Shown one piece after another: positions 18,031 through 27,815 of a DNA stretch of 64,000 nucleotides. The first letter of the stretch is position 1. Each line of letters begins with the position of its first letter. This stretch comes from Deltaproteobacteria bacterium. Its GTDB lineage: Bacteria > UBA10199 > JADGCS01. Made by a program: the position numbers and the translations under genes. The stretch lies in NCBI GenBank assembly GCA_024233595.1, contig JACKPK010000001.1, positions 267,665 through 331,664 on the forward strand. Reading direction: 5' to 3'. Below the pieces are notes generated by a model. That model was given only the letters and a program-made list of their open reading frames with translations. It did no database searches and was not told the origin of the DNA.

Positions 18031-18207
18031 TTAACCCTCGACCACCTGAATAAGGTGAGGGATTTTTTTAATGATTCCTCTGATACTTGGATTATCAGGG
18101 AATTCTTTAACCTGATTTAATCTTGTGAAGCCCAAGCAACGGACCGCTTCTTTTTGCTTTTTGTTGCGACCGATGGGACTGTGAACATACTTAATTTTGA
18201 TACTCAT
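18031..18207 (-). CDS. rpmD: 50S ribosomal protein L30
   Basis: Not in the ORF track (58 aa). Hand translation gives '[58 protein letters not shown]'. It shares an ATGA overlap with the rpsE stop. Confidence 0.9.
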   Translation of the reverse strand: MSIKIKYVHSPIGRNKKQKEAVRCLGFTRLNQVKEFPDNPSIRGIIKKIPHLIQVVEG

Positions 18208-18887
18208 GACTCATTCCCTACTTGAGCGAGGATCTCTTGTTTTTTAACAGGATCCTGCAATTGTTTTAAACCTGCAAATGTCGCACGAATAGCATTATGA
18301 GGGTTACTTGTTCCAATGCACTTGGTTAGGATGTCGTGAACACCAGCTGTTTCCAAAATAGCACGAACAGCACCACCAGCAATAACACCTGTACCAGGAC
18401 TTGCTTTCTTCATAAGAACACGTCCAGATCCAAAAACACCCACAATATCGTGTGGGATTGTTTTTTCGGCCATAGGCACGCTGATCATAGAACGACGAGC
18501 TGCTTCGGCACCTTTGCGAATCGCATCAGGAACTTCGTTTGCTTTGCCCAATCCAAAGCCAACCTGGCCTTGTCCGTCACCGCTCACAACCAAGGCTGAA
18601 AAGCTAAAACGACGTCCGCCTTTTACCACTTTCGCAACACGGCTAATGTGAACAACACGGTCAACAGTACGAGGGCCTAAGTCTTCCTCGTCTTGCTCAG
18701 CTGCTTTTTCACGAACAATCTTTGTTTCTTTTTTAGAAGCTTGTTTTTTCGCTTTAGGAGCTTCTTCAGAGCTTGCTTCAGCAGCCTGAGTTGCTTCTTC
18801 TGTATTAGCTTCGGCCTGAGGAGCTTCTGCTACTTGCTCTGCTGGGCTTTCTTTTTGCTCTTCTACTTTTTTCTCGTTATCAGACAC
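18204..18887 (-). CDS. rpsE: 30S ribosomal protein S5 with ~70-aa acidic/Ala-rich N-terminal extension
   Basis: 227 aa. The conserved core begins near '[26 protein letters not shown]'. The GTG start is preceded by GGAGGA, and there is no in-frame ATG between it and the core. Confidence 0.93.
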   Translation of the reverse strand: MSDNEKKVEEQKESPAEQVAEAPQAEANTEEATQAAEASSEEAPKAKKQASKKETKIVREKAAEQDEEDLGPRTVDRVVHISRVAKVVKGGRRFSFSALVVSGDGQGQVGFGLGKANEVPDAIRKGAEAARRSMISVPMAEKTIPHDIVGVFGSGRVLMKKASPGTGVIAGGAVRAILETAGVHDILTKCIGTSNPHNAIRATFAGLKQLQDPVKKQEILAQVGNES

Positions 18888-18902
18888 AAATCCTCCAAAT
18901 CA

Positions 18903-19247
18903 TTAAAACTTAAGGCCGGCATTTCTTGCTGAATCAGCAATTTCTTTAATAACACCATGATAGCGGTAACCACTACGATCGAAAATCACTGACTCAATTT
19001 TTTGAGCCAAGGCTTTTTCCGCAACAACCGCACCTAATTTAGTAGCAGCGGCTTTATTGGAGCCTGTGCCCTCTTTAAGAGTGCTTGCTGAAACCAATGT
19101 TTTTTGTGCTAAATCGTCAATCACTTGTGCATACAAATAGCGATTGCTTTTGAATACCGACAAACGTGGACGATCAGCAGTTCCAGAAATTTTCTTACGA
19201 ATACGTGTTTTTCTTTTTTGTCTAAGCGTTTTATTAATGTGTGCCAT
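18903..19247 (-). CDS. rplR: 50S ribosomal protein L18
   Basis: 114 aa with '[20 protein letters not shown]'. Confidence 0.96.
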   Translation of the reverse strand: MAHINKTLRQKRKTRIRKKISGTADRPRLSVFKSNRYLYAQVIDDLAQKTLVSASTLKEGTGSNKAAATKLGAVVAEKALAQKIESVIFDRSGYRYHGVIKEIADSARNAGLKF

Positions 19248-19789
19248 TACTTGCCTCCTGCGGCTTTACCAACTTTACGCACAATCACTTCTTCAGCGTA
19301 TTTTACACCTTTGCCTTTGTATGGCTCAGGTGGTCGGTAACCTCTAATTTTTGCAGCAACTCGTCCAACCAGTTCTTTGTTAGAACCAGTGATTTCAATT
19401 TTAGTTGGCTCTTTTGCTGTGATTTTAATTCCTTCAGGAATTGGAAAATCGACAATGTGCGAAAAACCCAAATTGAGTTTAAGGATTTTACCTTTTACTT
19501 CCGCACGGTAACCAACACCGTTGATTTCTAAATTTTTTGTAAAACCAGAAGCAACACCTTCAACAGCGTTTGAAACAAGTGATCTCACAAGACCATGAAC
19601 ACAACGCGCTTGCTTGCTATCATTAACTCGGTCTACTTTGATTTCTTTTTCAGAAATATTAAGTAAGGCTAATTCGTTAACAGCAACAATTTCCTTACCC
19701 AAAGGACCTTCTGCTGTGAATGCACCAGCGTTGAACTGAACTTTTACTTTTTCTGGTATAACAACCGGCTTTTTCCCTGTCCGTGACAT
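19247..19789 (-). CDS. rplF: 50S ribosomal protein L6
   Basis: 180 aa with '[17 protein letters not shown]' and 'GVGYRA'. Confidence 0.96.
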   Translation of the reverse strand: MSRTGKKPVVIPEKVKVQFNAGAFTAEGPLGKEIVAVNELALLNISEKEIKVDRVNDSKQARCVHGLVRSLVSNAVEGVASGFTKNLEINGVGYRAEVKGKILKLNLGFSHIVDFPIPEGIKITAKEPTKIEITGSNKELVGRVAAKIRGYRPPEPYKGKGVKYAEEVIVRKVGKAAGGK

Positions 19790-19805
19790 AATGAAACCTC
19801 TTTAA

Positions 19806-20207
19806 TTACCAAATCTCGCACAAAATTTCGCCACCCACTTTATTTTTACGGGCATCTGTATCTGCCATGATGCCTTTTGGGGTAGAAACAATTGACAAAC
19901 CAACACCATCTAAAACGGGTTTGATTTCTTGGTAGCCTTTGTAAACACGGCGACCAGGCTTACTAACACGTTTTAATGAGTGAAAAACGGGAGCGTTTGT
20001 TTTCCCAACATATTTGTGAATGACAACCAAATCATCTTGAGGCTTTTTCTCTTGGCGAACATAATTTTTAATGTAGCCTGCCTCTTTTAGAATTTTAAGG
20101 ATGCTTTCTTTTTCTTTTGAAGCAGGAATCACACAATCTGCTTTACGCGCTTTAACCGAGTTTCTGATTCGTGTGAGTAAATCTGCAATGGGATCTGTTG
20201 TGTTCAT
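19806..20207 (-). CDS. rpsH: 30S ribosomal protein S8
   Basis: 133 aa starting 'DPIADLLTRIRN'. Confidence 0.96.
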   Translation of the reverse strand: MNTTDPIADLLTRIRNSVKARKADCVIPASKEKESILKILKEAGYIKNYVRQEKKPQDDLVVIHKYVGKTNAPVFHSLKRVSKPGRRVYKGYQEIKPVLDGVGLSIVSTPKGIMADTDARKNKVGGEILCEIW

Positions 20208-20229
20208 AATATATTACCTCTAATTCCTC

Positions 20230-20415
20230 TTACCAGCTTGACTTGGTCACACCAGGCAACTCGCCATTGAGTGCGCGTTTTCTAAAGCACAAACGACACA
20301 TGCTGAATTTTCTCATAAAACCTTGGTCACGGCCGCACAAAGGACAACGGTTCACTTTACGCGCGCTAAACTTTGGCTTTCTTGCCGCTTTTGCCATACA
20401 GGATTTCTTAGCCAT
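20230..20415 (-). CDS. rpsN: 30S ribosomal protein S14, short zinc-ribbon type
   Basis: 61 aa with 'CPLCGR...CRLCFR' and the C-terminal 'KSSW'. Confidence 0.95.
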   Translation of the reverse strand: MAKKSCMAKAARKPKFSARKVNRCPLCGRDQGFMRKFSMCRLCFRKRALNGELPGVTKSSW

Positions 20416-20440
20416 TCTGTTATCTCCTTAAAAACTATTT

Positions 20441-20977
20441 TCACTTTCTAAATGGAAAACCCATTTCCTCTAACAAGGCCAACGCATCTTCGTTGGTTTG
20501 TGCAGAAGTCACGATCGTGACATTCATGCCTCTGATTTTTTCTACTTTCTCAGGAAGAATCTCTGGGAAAATGATTTGTTCCGTAATACCCAAAGAGTAG
20601 TTACCACGACCATCGAAACCTTTACGTGAAAAACCACGGAAGTCGCGTGAACGAGGGAAAGCAATGTTAACCATACGGTTGTAAAATTCGTACATGCTTT
20701 TACGACGCAAAGTTACGGAAACGCCAATGGGTTGGCCTTCACGTAATTTAAAACCCGCAATCGATTTTTTTGCTTTACGAATAACAGGCTTTTGCCCCGT
20801 AATGGTTGCCAAATCTTGAGCAATTGCATCCAAAGTTTTTGGATTTTGCAAAGCCTCACCCGTAGAAGAGTTCACCACAATTTTCTTAAACTGAGGCACC
20901 AACATAGGGTTCTTGATATCCAAACGCTTCATCAAAGCTGGAATCACTTCTTTTTTGTATTTATCTTGCATCAACAT
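20441..20977 (-). CDS. rplE: 50S ribosomal protein L5
   Basis: '[19 protein letters not shown]...[19 protein letters not shown]'. I chose the ATG at 20977 (GAGG 6 nt upstream); the ORF-track GTG is at 20989. Confidence 0.95.
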   Translation of the reverse strand: MLMQDKYKKEVIPALMKRLDIKNPMLVPQFKKIVVNSSTGEALQNPKTLDAIAQDLATITGQKPVIRKAKKSIAGFKLREGQPIGVSVTLRRKSMYEFYNRMVNIAFPRSRDFRGFSRKGFDGRGNYSLGITEQIIFPEILPEKVEKIRGMNVTIVTSAQTNEDALALLEEMGFPFRK

Positions 20978-21010
20978 AAAAAACCTCACAGGCCTGGAAA
21001 AAAACCAGGA

Positions 21011-21379
21011 CTAAAGAACCTCTGGAGCTAAAGAAACAATCTTCATGAATTTCTTAGCACGTAATTCACGGGCCACTGGACCAAAAATACGAGTCCCTAC
21101 TGGCTCACCATTGTTATCAATCAAAACAACTGAGTTTTCATCAAAACGAATGTAAGTGCCATCGCGACGACGAATCTCTTTGCGAGTGCGAACAATCACA
21201 GCCTTACGAACGTCACCTTTTTTAACTTTAGAGTTAGGCAACGCTTCTTTAACAGAGACAACAATCACATCGCCCACTGAAGCGTATTTTCTTTTTGATC
21301 CACCCAATACTTTGATGCAGTACAAACGCTTTGCACCTGAGTTATCTGCCGAACTTAATTCTGTAGTCATTTGAATCAT
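21011..21379 (-). CDS. rplN: 50S ribosomal protein L14
   Basis: '[17 protein letters not shown]...SLAPEVL*'. I chose the ATG at 21379 (GGAGG upstream). Confidence 0.96.
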   Translation of the reverse strand: MIQMTTELSSADNSGAKRLYCIKVLGGSKRKYASVGDVIVVSVKEALPNSKVKKGDVRKAVIVRTRKEIRRRDGTYIRFDENSVVLIDNNGEPVGTRIFGPVARELRAKKFMKIVSLAPEVL

Positions 21380-21407
21380 GACAACCTCCAAACAGCCTTA
21401 TTTAAAA

Positions 21408-21659
21408 TTACGCTGCCTTTTGAACAATTTTCATCACCGCCCAACGCTTGTGCTTACTTAAAGGACGAGATTCACAAATCACAACACGATCACCAATAGT
21501 GCATTCATTTTTAGGATCATGTGCTTTGTATTTCTTTTTAACCGTGTGGTATTTTTTAAATACGGGGTGCATCACCGATTCTTTAATCTGAACAACGACT
21601 GTTTTGTCCATTTTGTTGCTCAGAACCACACCTTCAAATGTTCTTTTGCTATTTGACAT
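21408..21659 (-). CDS. rpsQ: 30S ribosomal protein S17
   Basis: 83 aa with 'FEGVVLSNKMDKTVVV'. Confidence 0.96.
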   Translation of the reverse strand: MSNSKRTFEGVVLSNKMDKTVVVQIKESVMHPVFKKYHTVKKKYKAHDPKNECTIGDRVVICESRPLSKHKRWAVMKIVQKAA

Positions 21660-21709
21660 AGTATTCTCTCTTGCTCTTGGTATCTAAACCTAAAAAACGT
21701 AACACCCTA

Positions 21710-21910
21710 TTATGATTCGCTTTTGTTCTTAAGCTCCGTTAGCTTCGTCTGAACGCGTGCAATGTTGCGTCTATTTTCACGAATAAGGTGCTTTTTTTCC
21801 AACTGAGCCGTTTTACCCTTTAAAGACAGCTGGAAAAGCTCGTTTCTTAATTCTTTATCTTTTGCCAAAAGGTCCTTTTCGGACATGTCTTTTATTTCGT
21901 TATACTTCAC
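21710..21910 (-). CDS. rpmC: 50S ribosomal protein L29
   Basis: '(V)[54 protein letters not shown]'. The GTG at 21910 overlaps the rplP end and gives a typical 66-aa length. The ORF-track start at 21934 is probably too long. Confidence 0.88.
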   Translation of the reverse strand: MKYNEIKDMSEKDLLAKDKELRNELFQLSLKGKTAQLEKKHLIRENRRNIARVQTKLTELKNKSES

Positions 21911-22325
21911 GGTAGTTCTCGTTTCTAACCACAATTTTGGTTTTCAGAGGGAGTTTGTGTTTAGCCAAAGTCAATGCTTTGATAGCAATGTCTAGCGTCA
22001 CACCTTCCATCTCATAAATCATGCGACCCGCTTTTACAGGAGCTACCCAGTATTCTGGAGAGCCCTTCCCTTTACCCATACGAGTTTCGGCCGGTTTACT
22101 TGTGATTGGTTTATCTGGAAAAACACGAATCCAAACCTTACCACCACGCTTAATACAGCGAGTCATGGCAATACGAGCCGCCTCAATTTGGCGCGCCGTA
22201 ATAAAACCAGTTTCAGTGACTTGCAAGCCAAAATCACCAAAATCAAGGTTTATACCGCGAGTAGCCTTACCACGTAGGCGGCCTTTCTGCATTTTTCTAA
22301 ATTTTGTCTTCTTGGGCATCAACAT
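21900..22325 (-). CDS. rplP: 50S ribosomal protein L16
   Basis: 141 aa starting '[16 protein letters not shown]'. Confidence 0.96.
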   Translation of the reverse strand: MLMPKKTKFRKMQKGRLRGKATRGINLDFGDFGLQVTETGFITARQIEAARIAMTRCIKRGGKVWIRVFPDKPITSKPAETRMGKGKGSPEYWVAPVKAGRMIYEMEGVTLDIAIKALTLAKHKLPLKTKIVVRNENYREV

Positions 22326-22376
22326 AATACTGCTCCGAAGTTATATACTTAATAAGCTAAAAGGGTCTAACAACTC

Positions 22377-23006
22377 TTAGTTGATGACCACATCACCTTT
22401 GTACAACCAAATACGAACACCAATGATGCCGTAGGTGGTCAATGCTTCTGCGAATCCATAATCGATATCAGCACGAAGCGTGTGCAAAGGAACTTGTCCT
22501 TCACGGTACCACTCTGTACGAGCGATCTCAGCACCAGCTAAACGACCGCTACACATAACCTTGATGCCCTTAGCACCAAATTTCATCGTGGTTTGAACAC
22601 ATTTTTTCATGGCTCGGCGGAAAGCTACACGACGCTCTAATTGCAATGCGATGTTTTCAGCGATCAATTGAGCATCCAATTCCGCTTTACGAACTTCTTG
22701 GATGTTTAAAAACACAACGTTATTCGTGAGTTTTTGAAGATCAGCTCTAAGAGTGTCGATACCAGCACCTTTTTTACCAATCACCAAACCAGGGCGCGAC
22801 GTGTGAATGGTCACTTTAACTTTTGTCGCGGCACGTTCGATATCGATTTTAGAAATACCCATAGTGTAAAGGCGTTTCTTAATCATTTTACGAAACTTAA
22901 TGTCTTCGTGAAGCCATTCCGCATAATTGCGATCAGCATACCACTTTGACAACCAAGGCTTAGAAATCCCTACACGAAACCCAATTGGATGTGTCTTTTG
23001 TCCCAT
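22377..23006 (-). CDS. rpsC: 30S ribosomal protein S3
   Basis: 209 aa starting '[14 protein letters not shown]'. Confidence 0.96.
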   Translation of the reverse strand: MGQKTHPIGFRVGISKPWLSKWYADRNYAEWLHEDIKFRKMIKKRLYTMGISKIDIERAATKVKVTIHTSRPGLVIGKKGAGIDTLRADLQKLTNNVVFLNIQEVRKAELDAQLIAENIALQLERRVAFRRAMKKCVQTTMKFGAKGIKVMCSGRLAGAEIARTEWYREGQVPLHTLRADIDYGFAEALTTYGIIGVRIWLYKGDVVIN

Positions 23007-23023
23007 GAATTCTCCTTAAATCC

Positions 23024-23359
23024 TTAAACTTTCTCGTCCAAAATAACGGTCACATGCGATGTTCTCTTAAGAATTCGAGATGCACCACCGCGAGCTCTTG
23101 TCATAAACCGTTTGTAGGTTGGACCTTGATCAACAAAAATTTGCTTAACGTAAAGGCTATCCAAATTAACACCGCGGCTTTGGCTCGCGTTATTAACAGC
23201 AGACTCAATGAGCTTTTGAATGTCTTTTGCGTTTGCTCTTTTTTCAAAACGCAATGAATCAATTGCGCGTTGAACTTGTTTACCACGTGCTAAATCAACT
23301 ACTTGACGAAGCTTAATGGGTGAGACTCTTAAATTTTTAATTCTTGCTTTGAATTCCAC
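23024..23359 (-). CDS. rplV: 50S ribosomal protein L22
   Basis: 111 aa, in the S10-operon order between rpsS and rpsC. Confidence 0.95.
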   Translation of the reverse strand: MEFKARIKNLRVSPIKLRQVVDLARGKQVQRAIDSLRFEKRANAKDIQKLIESAVNNASQSRGVNLDSLYVKQIFVDQGPTYKRFMTRARGGASRILKRTSHVTVILDEKV

Positions 23360-23379
23360 AACAACTCCTTAAGTATTTA

Positions 23380-23649
23380 TCACTTCTTGCGATCACCAGC
23401 ATGCTGGACAAATGTTCTTGTGTGAGCAAATTCACCCAACTTATGGCCAACCATATTTTCCGATACATAAACAGGAATGAATTTACGTCCATTATGAACA
23501 GCAAATGTCAGTCCGATAAAATCGGGACTAATGGTTGAGCGACGTGACCATGTCTTAATCACTTTTTTGTTACCTGATTTAACAGCCTCTTCCACTTTCT
23601 TTTCCAAGTGCTGGTCAATGAAAGGGCCTTTTTTAATTGATCGTGCCAT
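23380..23649 (-). CDS. rpsS: 30S ribosomal protein S19
   Basis: 89 aa with '[12 protein letters not shown]' and '[11 protein letters not shown]'. Confidence 0.96.
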   Translation of the reverse strand: MARSIKKGPFIDQHLEKKVEEAVKSGNKKVIKTWSRRSTISPDFIGLTFAVHNGRKFIPVYVSENMVGHKLGEFAHTRTFVQHAGDRKK

Positions 23650-23687
23650 AATTCTCTCTCGGTTAATAAATCCTTAAGTATCAGTCC

Positions 23688-24521
23688 TTATTTACGACGA
23701 CTCTTAGTGCGACCTTCAATGATGAATTTAGATGTACGCTTGTTTTTACGCGTTTTAAATCCTTTTGTTGGTTGACCCCAAGGAGTCACAGGATGACGTC
23801 CACCATGATCGCGACCATGACCGCCACCATGCGGGTGATCAACAGGGTTCATCACAGTACCACGAACATGACCGCGGCGTCCCAACCAACGATTACGACC
23901 AGCCTTACCAATGGTGAGGTTTTCGTGATCGCGATTGCCAACAGAACCGATGGTTGCGCGGCAGGCAACCAAAACTTTTCTCACAGAGCCACTTGGGAGT
24001 TTGATCAAAGCGTAAGTGCCCTCTTTAGCCATAAGCTGAGCAGAGGTTCCTGCGCTACGAACCATTTTGCCACCAGCACCCGGTTTAAGTTCGATGTTAT
24101 AAACACCAGCACCAACAGGGATGTGTTTAAGAGGCAAAGAGTTACCCACTTCGATATCGATGGCATCGTTTGATGAAAGCACTGTTTGGCCAACTTTTAA
24201 GCCTTCTGGTGCAATGATATAACGTTTTTCACCATCCACGTAATTCAACAAAGCAATGTTAGCAGAACGGTTTGGATCGTATTCAATAGAAACAACTGTT
24301 GCAGGGATATCAAGCTTGTTACGTTTGAAATCGATAATGCGGTAACGACGCTTGTGACCACCACCACGGTAACGTGATGTGATACGGCCATGACTGTTAC
24401 GTCCAGCTTTACTGGTTAGAGGTTCTGTTAAAGACTTTTCTGGCTCGCTTCTTGTGATTTCTTTAAAATCAGAAACCGTTTGAAATCGTACACCAGCACT
24501 TGTTGGTCTAAATTTTCTCAC
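23688..24521 (-). CDS. rplB: 50S ribosomal protein L2
   Basis: 277 aa with '[13 protein letters not shown]' and '[11 protein letters not shown]'. Confidence 0.97.
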   Translation of the reverse strand: MRKFRPTSAGVRFQTVSDFKEITRSEPEKSLTEPLTSKAGRNSHGRITSRYRGGGHKRRYRIIDFKRNKLDIPATVVSIEYDPNRSANIALLNYVDGEKRYIIAPEGLKVGQTVLSSNDAIDIEVGNSLPLKHIPVGAGVYNIELKPGAGGKMVRSAGTSAQLMAKEGTYALIKLPSGSVRKVLVACRATIGSVGNRDHENLTIGKAGRNRWLGRRGHVRGTVMNPVDHPHGGGHGRDHGGRHPVTPWGQPTKGFKTRKNKRTSKFIIEGRTKSRRK

Positions 24522-24565
24522 AACTCACTCCACTTTCTCAGATGATCTGTTCCATCTAAGATTGA

Positions 24566-24850
24566 TTAAACACCTTCAAAAAGCTCGATCTTACCTTCTG
24601 ATAAGGTCACCATTGCTTTTTTAACCGCTTTTGTTTTTCCAGCAGCCTTACCAAAACGCTTGTATTTGCCTGGCTGGATAGAGGTCTGAACAGATTTCAC
24701 CTTCACACCAAAAAGCTCTTCAACGCTCTTTTTGATCAAAGGTTTGTCCGCAGCGGCGTTCACTTCAAAAACATATGTGCCATTGGCTTCTTTTAAGACG
24801 TTAGACTTTTCAGTCACCAAAGGCTTTTTGATTACGTCATAGATTGTCAT
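24566..24850 (-). CDS. rplW: 50S ribosomal protein L23
   Basis: 94 aa in the S10-operon position. Confidence 0.94.
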   Translation of the reverse strand: MTIYDVIKKPLVTEKSNVLKEANGTYVFEVNAAADKPLIKKSVEELFGVKVKSVQTSIQPGKYKRFGKAAGKTKAVKKAMVTLSEGKIELFEGV

Positions 24851-25464
24851 AATGCATACCTGCCTTTAATGCTCTCAAATGTTTTAGCGAGCATCACAAC
24901 ATTTTCATAACGAGCCAGCTCTAGAAAACTGATGTTTTCTTCGTTAACAACTTTAACATCGCGAATATTGCGGAAAGAAAGTTGTGCGTTGGCTTCTTCT
25001 TTTGGCAAAACCACCAAAGCTTTGTTGACATTAATGCCACTCAAAAACTTAGCAGCTTCTTTAGTAGAAGGTTTTTTAAATTTGAATCCTTCTACAACAA
25101 AAAGACCATTATTCTGAATAAGGTACTTAAAGATCTCTTGGTAGCTCTTCGCTTTGAATTTCTTATTTTGTTTTTCAAAATAAGAACGCGGACGCGGACC
25201 ATGAGCAGAACCACCACCAACAAAAATGTTAGCAGAACGCGCGCCGTGACGAGCGTTACCTGTGCCTTTTTGGCGGTAGATCTTTTTATTTGTTAATTTA
25301 ACATCGCTTCTGTCTTTAACAGCAGCAGTACCATGTCGTTGGTTATTACGTGTGGCTTTAATCGCGTAATACAAAACAGCCTTGTTCACTTTTTCTGACT
25401 CATTGCCAGCCAAAGCAACTTCACCAACTTTTTTATTATTTTGATCAATTACTTGAATCGCCAT
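24847..25464 (-). CDS. rplD: 50S ribosomal protein L4
   Basis: 205 aa with 'QKGTGNARHG'. Confidence 0.95.
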   Translation of the reverse strand: MAIQVIDQNNKKVGEVALAGNESEKVNKAVLYYAIKATRNNQRHGTAAVKDRSDVKLTNKKIYRQKGTGNARHGARSANIFVGGGSAHGPRPRSYFEKQNKKFKAKSYQEIFKYLIQNNGLFVVEGFKFKKPSTKEAAKFLSGINVNKALVVLPKEEANAQLSFRNIRDVKVVNEENISFLELARYENVVMLAKTFESIKGRYAL

Positions 25465-25475
25465 AATTCACCTCT

Positions 25476-26153
25476 TTATGAAGCTTGCGCTTCTTCTTTT
25501 GCTTCTAAAAATCTCGATTCAAAGTCACCTGCTTTAGGCATCAAGTTCACAATGGAGTTCTTTGAACCAGGGATAGCACCCTTCACAAGAATCAAACCTT
25601 GCTCTTCTTCAACACCAACAACTTTGATGTTTTTCACAGTGACTGTTTCGCTACCCATGTGACCTGGTAATTTCTTACCTTTGATCACTTTGCCTGGGAA
25701 CGTGTTTTGGCCAATAGAACCAGGAACACGGTGAGAAACAGAGTTACCGTGTGAATCACAACCACCTGCAAAGTGATAACGCTTCATAACACCTTGGAAG
25801 CCTTTACCTTTGCCGCGACCTTGTACATCTAAGATATCGCCAACTTTAAAAGCAGAAGCATCAACAGCCATACCAACTTTGTAAGAAGCCGCGTTGTCTG
25901 TACGGAATTCTTTTAAGTTAGCAAAAGCGTCCACTCCGCCTTTTTTAAAGTGACCCAATTTGGGTTTGTTCAAACGGCTTTCTTTTTGTTTGCCATAACC
26001 GATTTGAACCGCGTTGTAGCCATCGCTCTCTTTTGTTTTAAGAGAAACAACTACGTTTTCTTTAATTTTTACAATGGTCACAGGAACAACAAGACCTTCT
26101 TCGTCGAAGATTTGAGTCATTCCTAATTTTTCACCAATAAAACCAGCCATCAC
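25476..26153 (-). CDS. rplC: 50S ribosomal protein L3
   Basis: 225 aa with 'GFIGEKLGMTQIF' and 'GKGFQGVMKR'. Confidence 0.96.
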   Translation of the reverse strand: MMAGFIGEKLGMTQIFDEEGLVVPVTIVKIKENVVVSLKTKESDGYNAVQIGYGKQKESRLNKPKLGHFKKGGVDAFANLKEFRTDNAASYKVGMAVDASAFKVGDILDVQGRGKGKGFQGVMKRYHFAGGCDSHGNSVSHRVPGSIGQNTFPGKVIKGKKLPGHMGSETVTVKNIKVVGVEEEQGLILVKGAIPGSKNSIVNLMPKAGDFESRFLEAKEEAQAS

Positions 26154-26185
26154 ATCCTCCAGGGACGAATTAATTCAAGCAACAA

Positions 26186-26512
26186 TCAGATCATTTTGAT
26201 TTCAACATCAACACCTGCAGACAAGTCGAGCTTCATCAAAGCATCGATTGTTTGCTGAGTCGGCTCTAAAATATCGAGCAAACGTTTGTGCACACGTAAT
26301 TCAAAATGTTCCATCGATTTTTTGTTCACGTGAGGTGAACGAAGCACTGCGTATTTTGAAATCTTCGTTGGCAAAGGAATAGGACCCGAAAGACGAGCGC
26401 CTGTACGCTTTGCTGTGTCAACGATCTCAACAGTGGATTGATCAAGAAGCTTGTGATCAAATGCTTTTAAGCGGATCCGTACTTTTTGACCTTTGTAATC
26501 TGTTGTTGCCAT
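26186..26512 (-). CDS. rpsJ: 30S ribosomal protein S10
   Basis: 108 aa with '[15 protein letters not shown]'. Confidence 0.96.
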   Translation of the reverse strand: MATTDYKGQKVRIRLKAFDHKLLDQSTVEIVDTAKRTGARLSGPIPLPTKISKYAVLRSPHVNKKSMEHFELRVHKRLLDILEPTQQTIDALMKLDLSAGVDVEIKMI

Positions 26513-26545
26513 AGATAATTCCTACTCTTTTTTATTTATCAACAA

Positions 26546-27736
26546 TTACTCAATGATTTCCGTTACAACACCGGCACCAACTGTGCGACCACCTTCACGA
26601 ATCGCGAAACGCAATTCCTTTTCCATCGCAATCGGCGTGATCAATTCTACACTGATCTCCACGTTCTCACCTGGCATCACCATTTCTGTTCCGTCTTTCA
26701 ACGTCACCACTCCGGTCACGTCTGTTGTACGGAAATAAAATTGTGGTCGGTAGTTCGCGAAAAATGGCGTGTGACGTCCACCCTCTTCTTTTTTCAGAAT
26801 ATACACTTCTGCTTTAAACTTCTTGTGTGGCGTGATCGTTCCTGGCTTCGCCAATACTTGTCCTCGCTCCACTTCTTCTTTATCTACACCACGTAACAAA
26901 CAACCTACGTTGTCTCCTGCTCGACCTTCGTCCAACAACTTACGGAACATCTCTACGCCCGTTACTGTTGTCTTACGTGTGTCTTTAATTCCCACGATCT
27001 CTACTTCTTCTCCAACTTTTACAATACCGCGCTCAACACGACCGGTCACAACTGTTCCGCGACCTGAAATACTGAACACGTCTTCGATTGGCATCAAGAA
27101 TGTCTTATCAATCGGACGCTCTGGCGTTGGGATGTAGCTATCTACTGCTTCCATCAATTTCTTAATTGCTCCTTGGCCAACATCACCTTCTTCGCCTTCT
27201 AATGCTTTCAATGCACTTCCGCGAACAATAGGAATGTCATCACCAGGGAAATCGTACTTGTTCAACAAGTCACGCACTTCCAACTCAACCAAGTCTAACA
27301 ACTCTTCATCATCCACTTGGTCTACTTTATTCATGAACACCACGATGTAAGGAACACCCACCTGGCGTGCTAACAAAATGTGCTCTCGTGTTTGTGGCAT
27401 TGGACCATCTGATGCACTCACTACCAATATCGCTCCGTCCATCTGTGCTGCACCTGTGATCATGTTCTTCACGTAATCCGCGTGACCTGGGCAATCCACG
27501 TGTGCGTAGTGACGCGCTTCTGTTTGGTATTCTACGTGCGCTGTCGAAATTGTAATACCGCGCTCACGCTCTTCTGGTGCCTTGTCAATCTGATCGTAAG
27601 CCATCGCTTGCGCTCCACCTGACTCTGACAACGTCTTTGTGATCGCTGCTGTTAATGTCGTCTTGCCATGATCCACGTGACCAATCGTACCGATATTCAC
27701 GTGCGGCTTACTTCTATCAAACTTCTCTTTTGACAT
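26546..27736 (-). CDS. tuf: Elongation factor Tu, copy 1 (str-operon copy)
   Basis: 396 aa with '[10 protein letters not shown]', 'DCPGHADY' and 'NKVD'. It lies downstream of fusA. Confidence 0.98.
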   Translation of the reverse strand: MSKEKFDRSKPHVNIGTIGHVDHGKTTLTAAITKTLSESGGAQAMAYDQIDKAPEERERGITISTAHVEYQTEARHYAHVDCPGHADYVKNMITGAAQMDGAILVVSASDGPMPQTREHILLARQVGVPYIVVFMNKVDQVDDEELLDLVELEVRDLLNKYDFPGDDIPIVRGSALKALEGEEGDVGQGAIKKLMEAVDSYIPTPERPIDKTFLMPIEDVFSISGRGTVVTGRVERGIVKVGEEVEIVGIKDTRKTTVTGVEMFRKLLDEGRAGDNVGCLLRGVDKEEVERGQVLAKPGTITPHKKFKAEVYILKKEEGGRHTPFFANYRPQFYFRTTDVTGVVTLKDGTEMVMPGENVEISVELITPIAMEKELRFAIREGGRTVGAGVVTEIIE

Positions 27737-27755
27737 CGGATTCTCTCCTTTTAAA
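26546..27755. repeat. ~1.21-kb dispersed repeat (tuf copy 1; partner 43141-44350)
   Basis: Hand alignment at offset 16595 shows 11 substitutions across the 1191-nt CDS. The 16 nt upstream of the ATG (SD region) are identical, and identity ends at the stop codon. Confidence 0.9.
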
Positions 27756-27815
27756 TCATCCTAAAAAATAACCGATACCTGTCACCAAACAGATATCAAA
27801 AAAATCTAAACCAAA

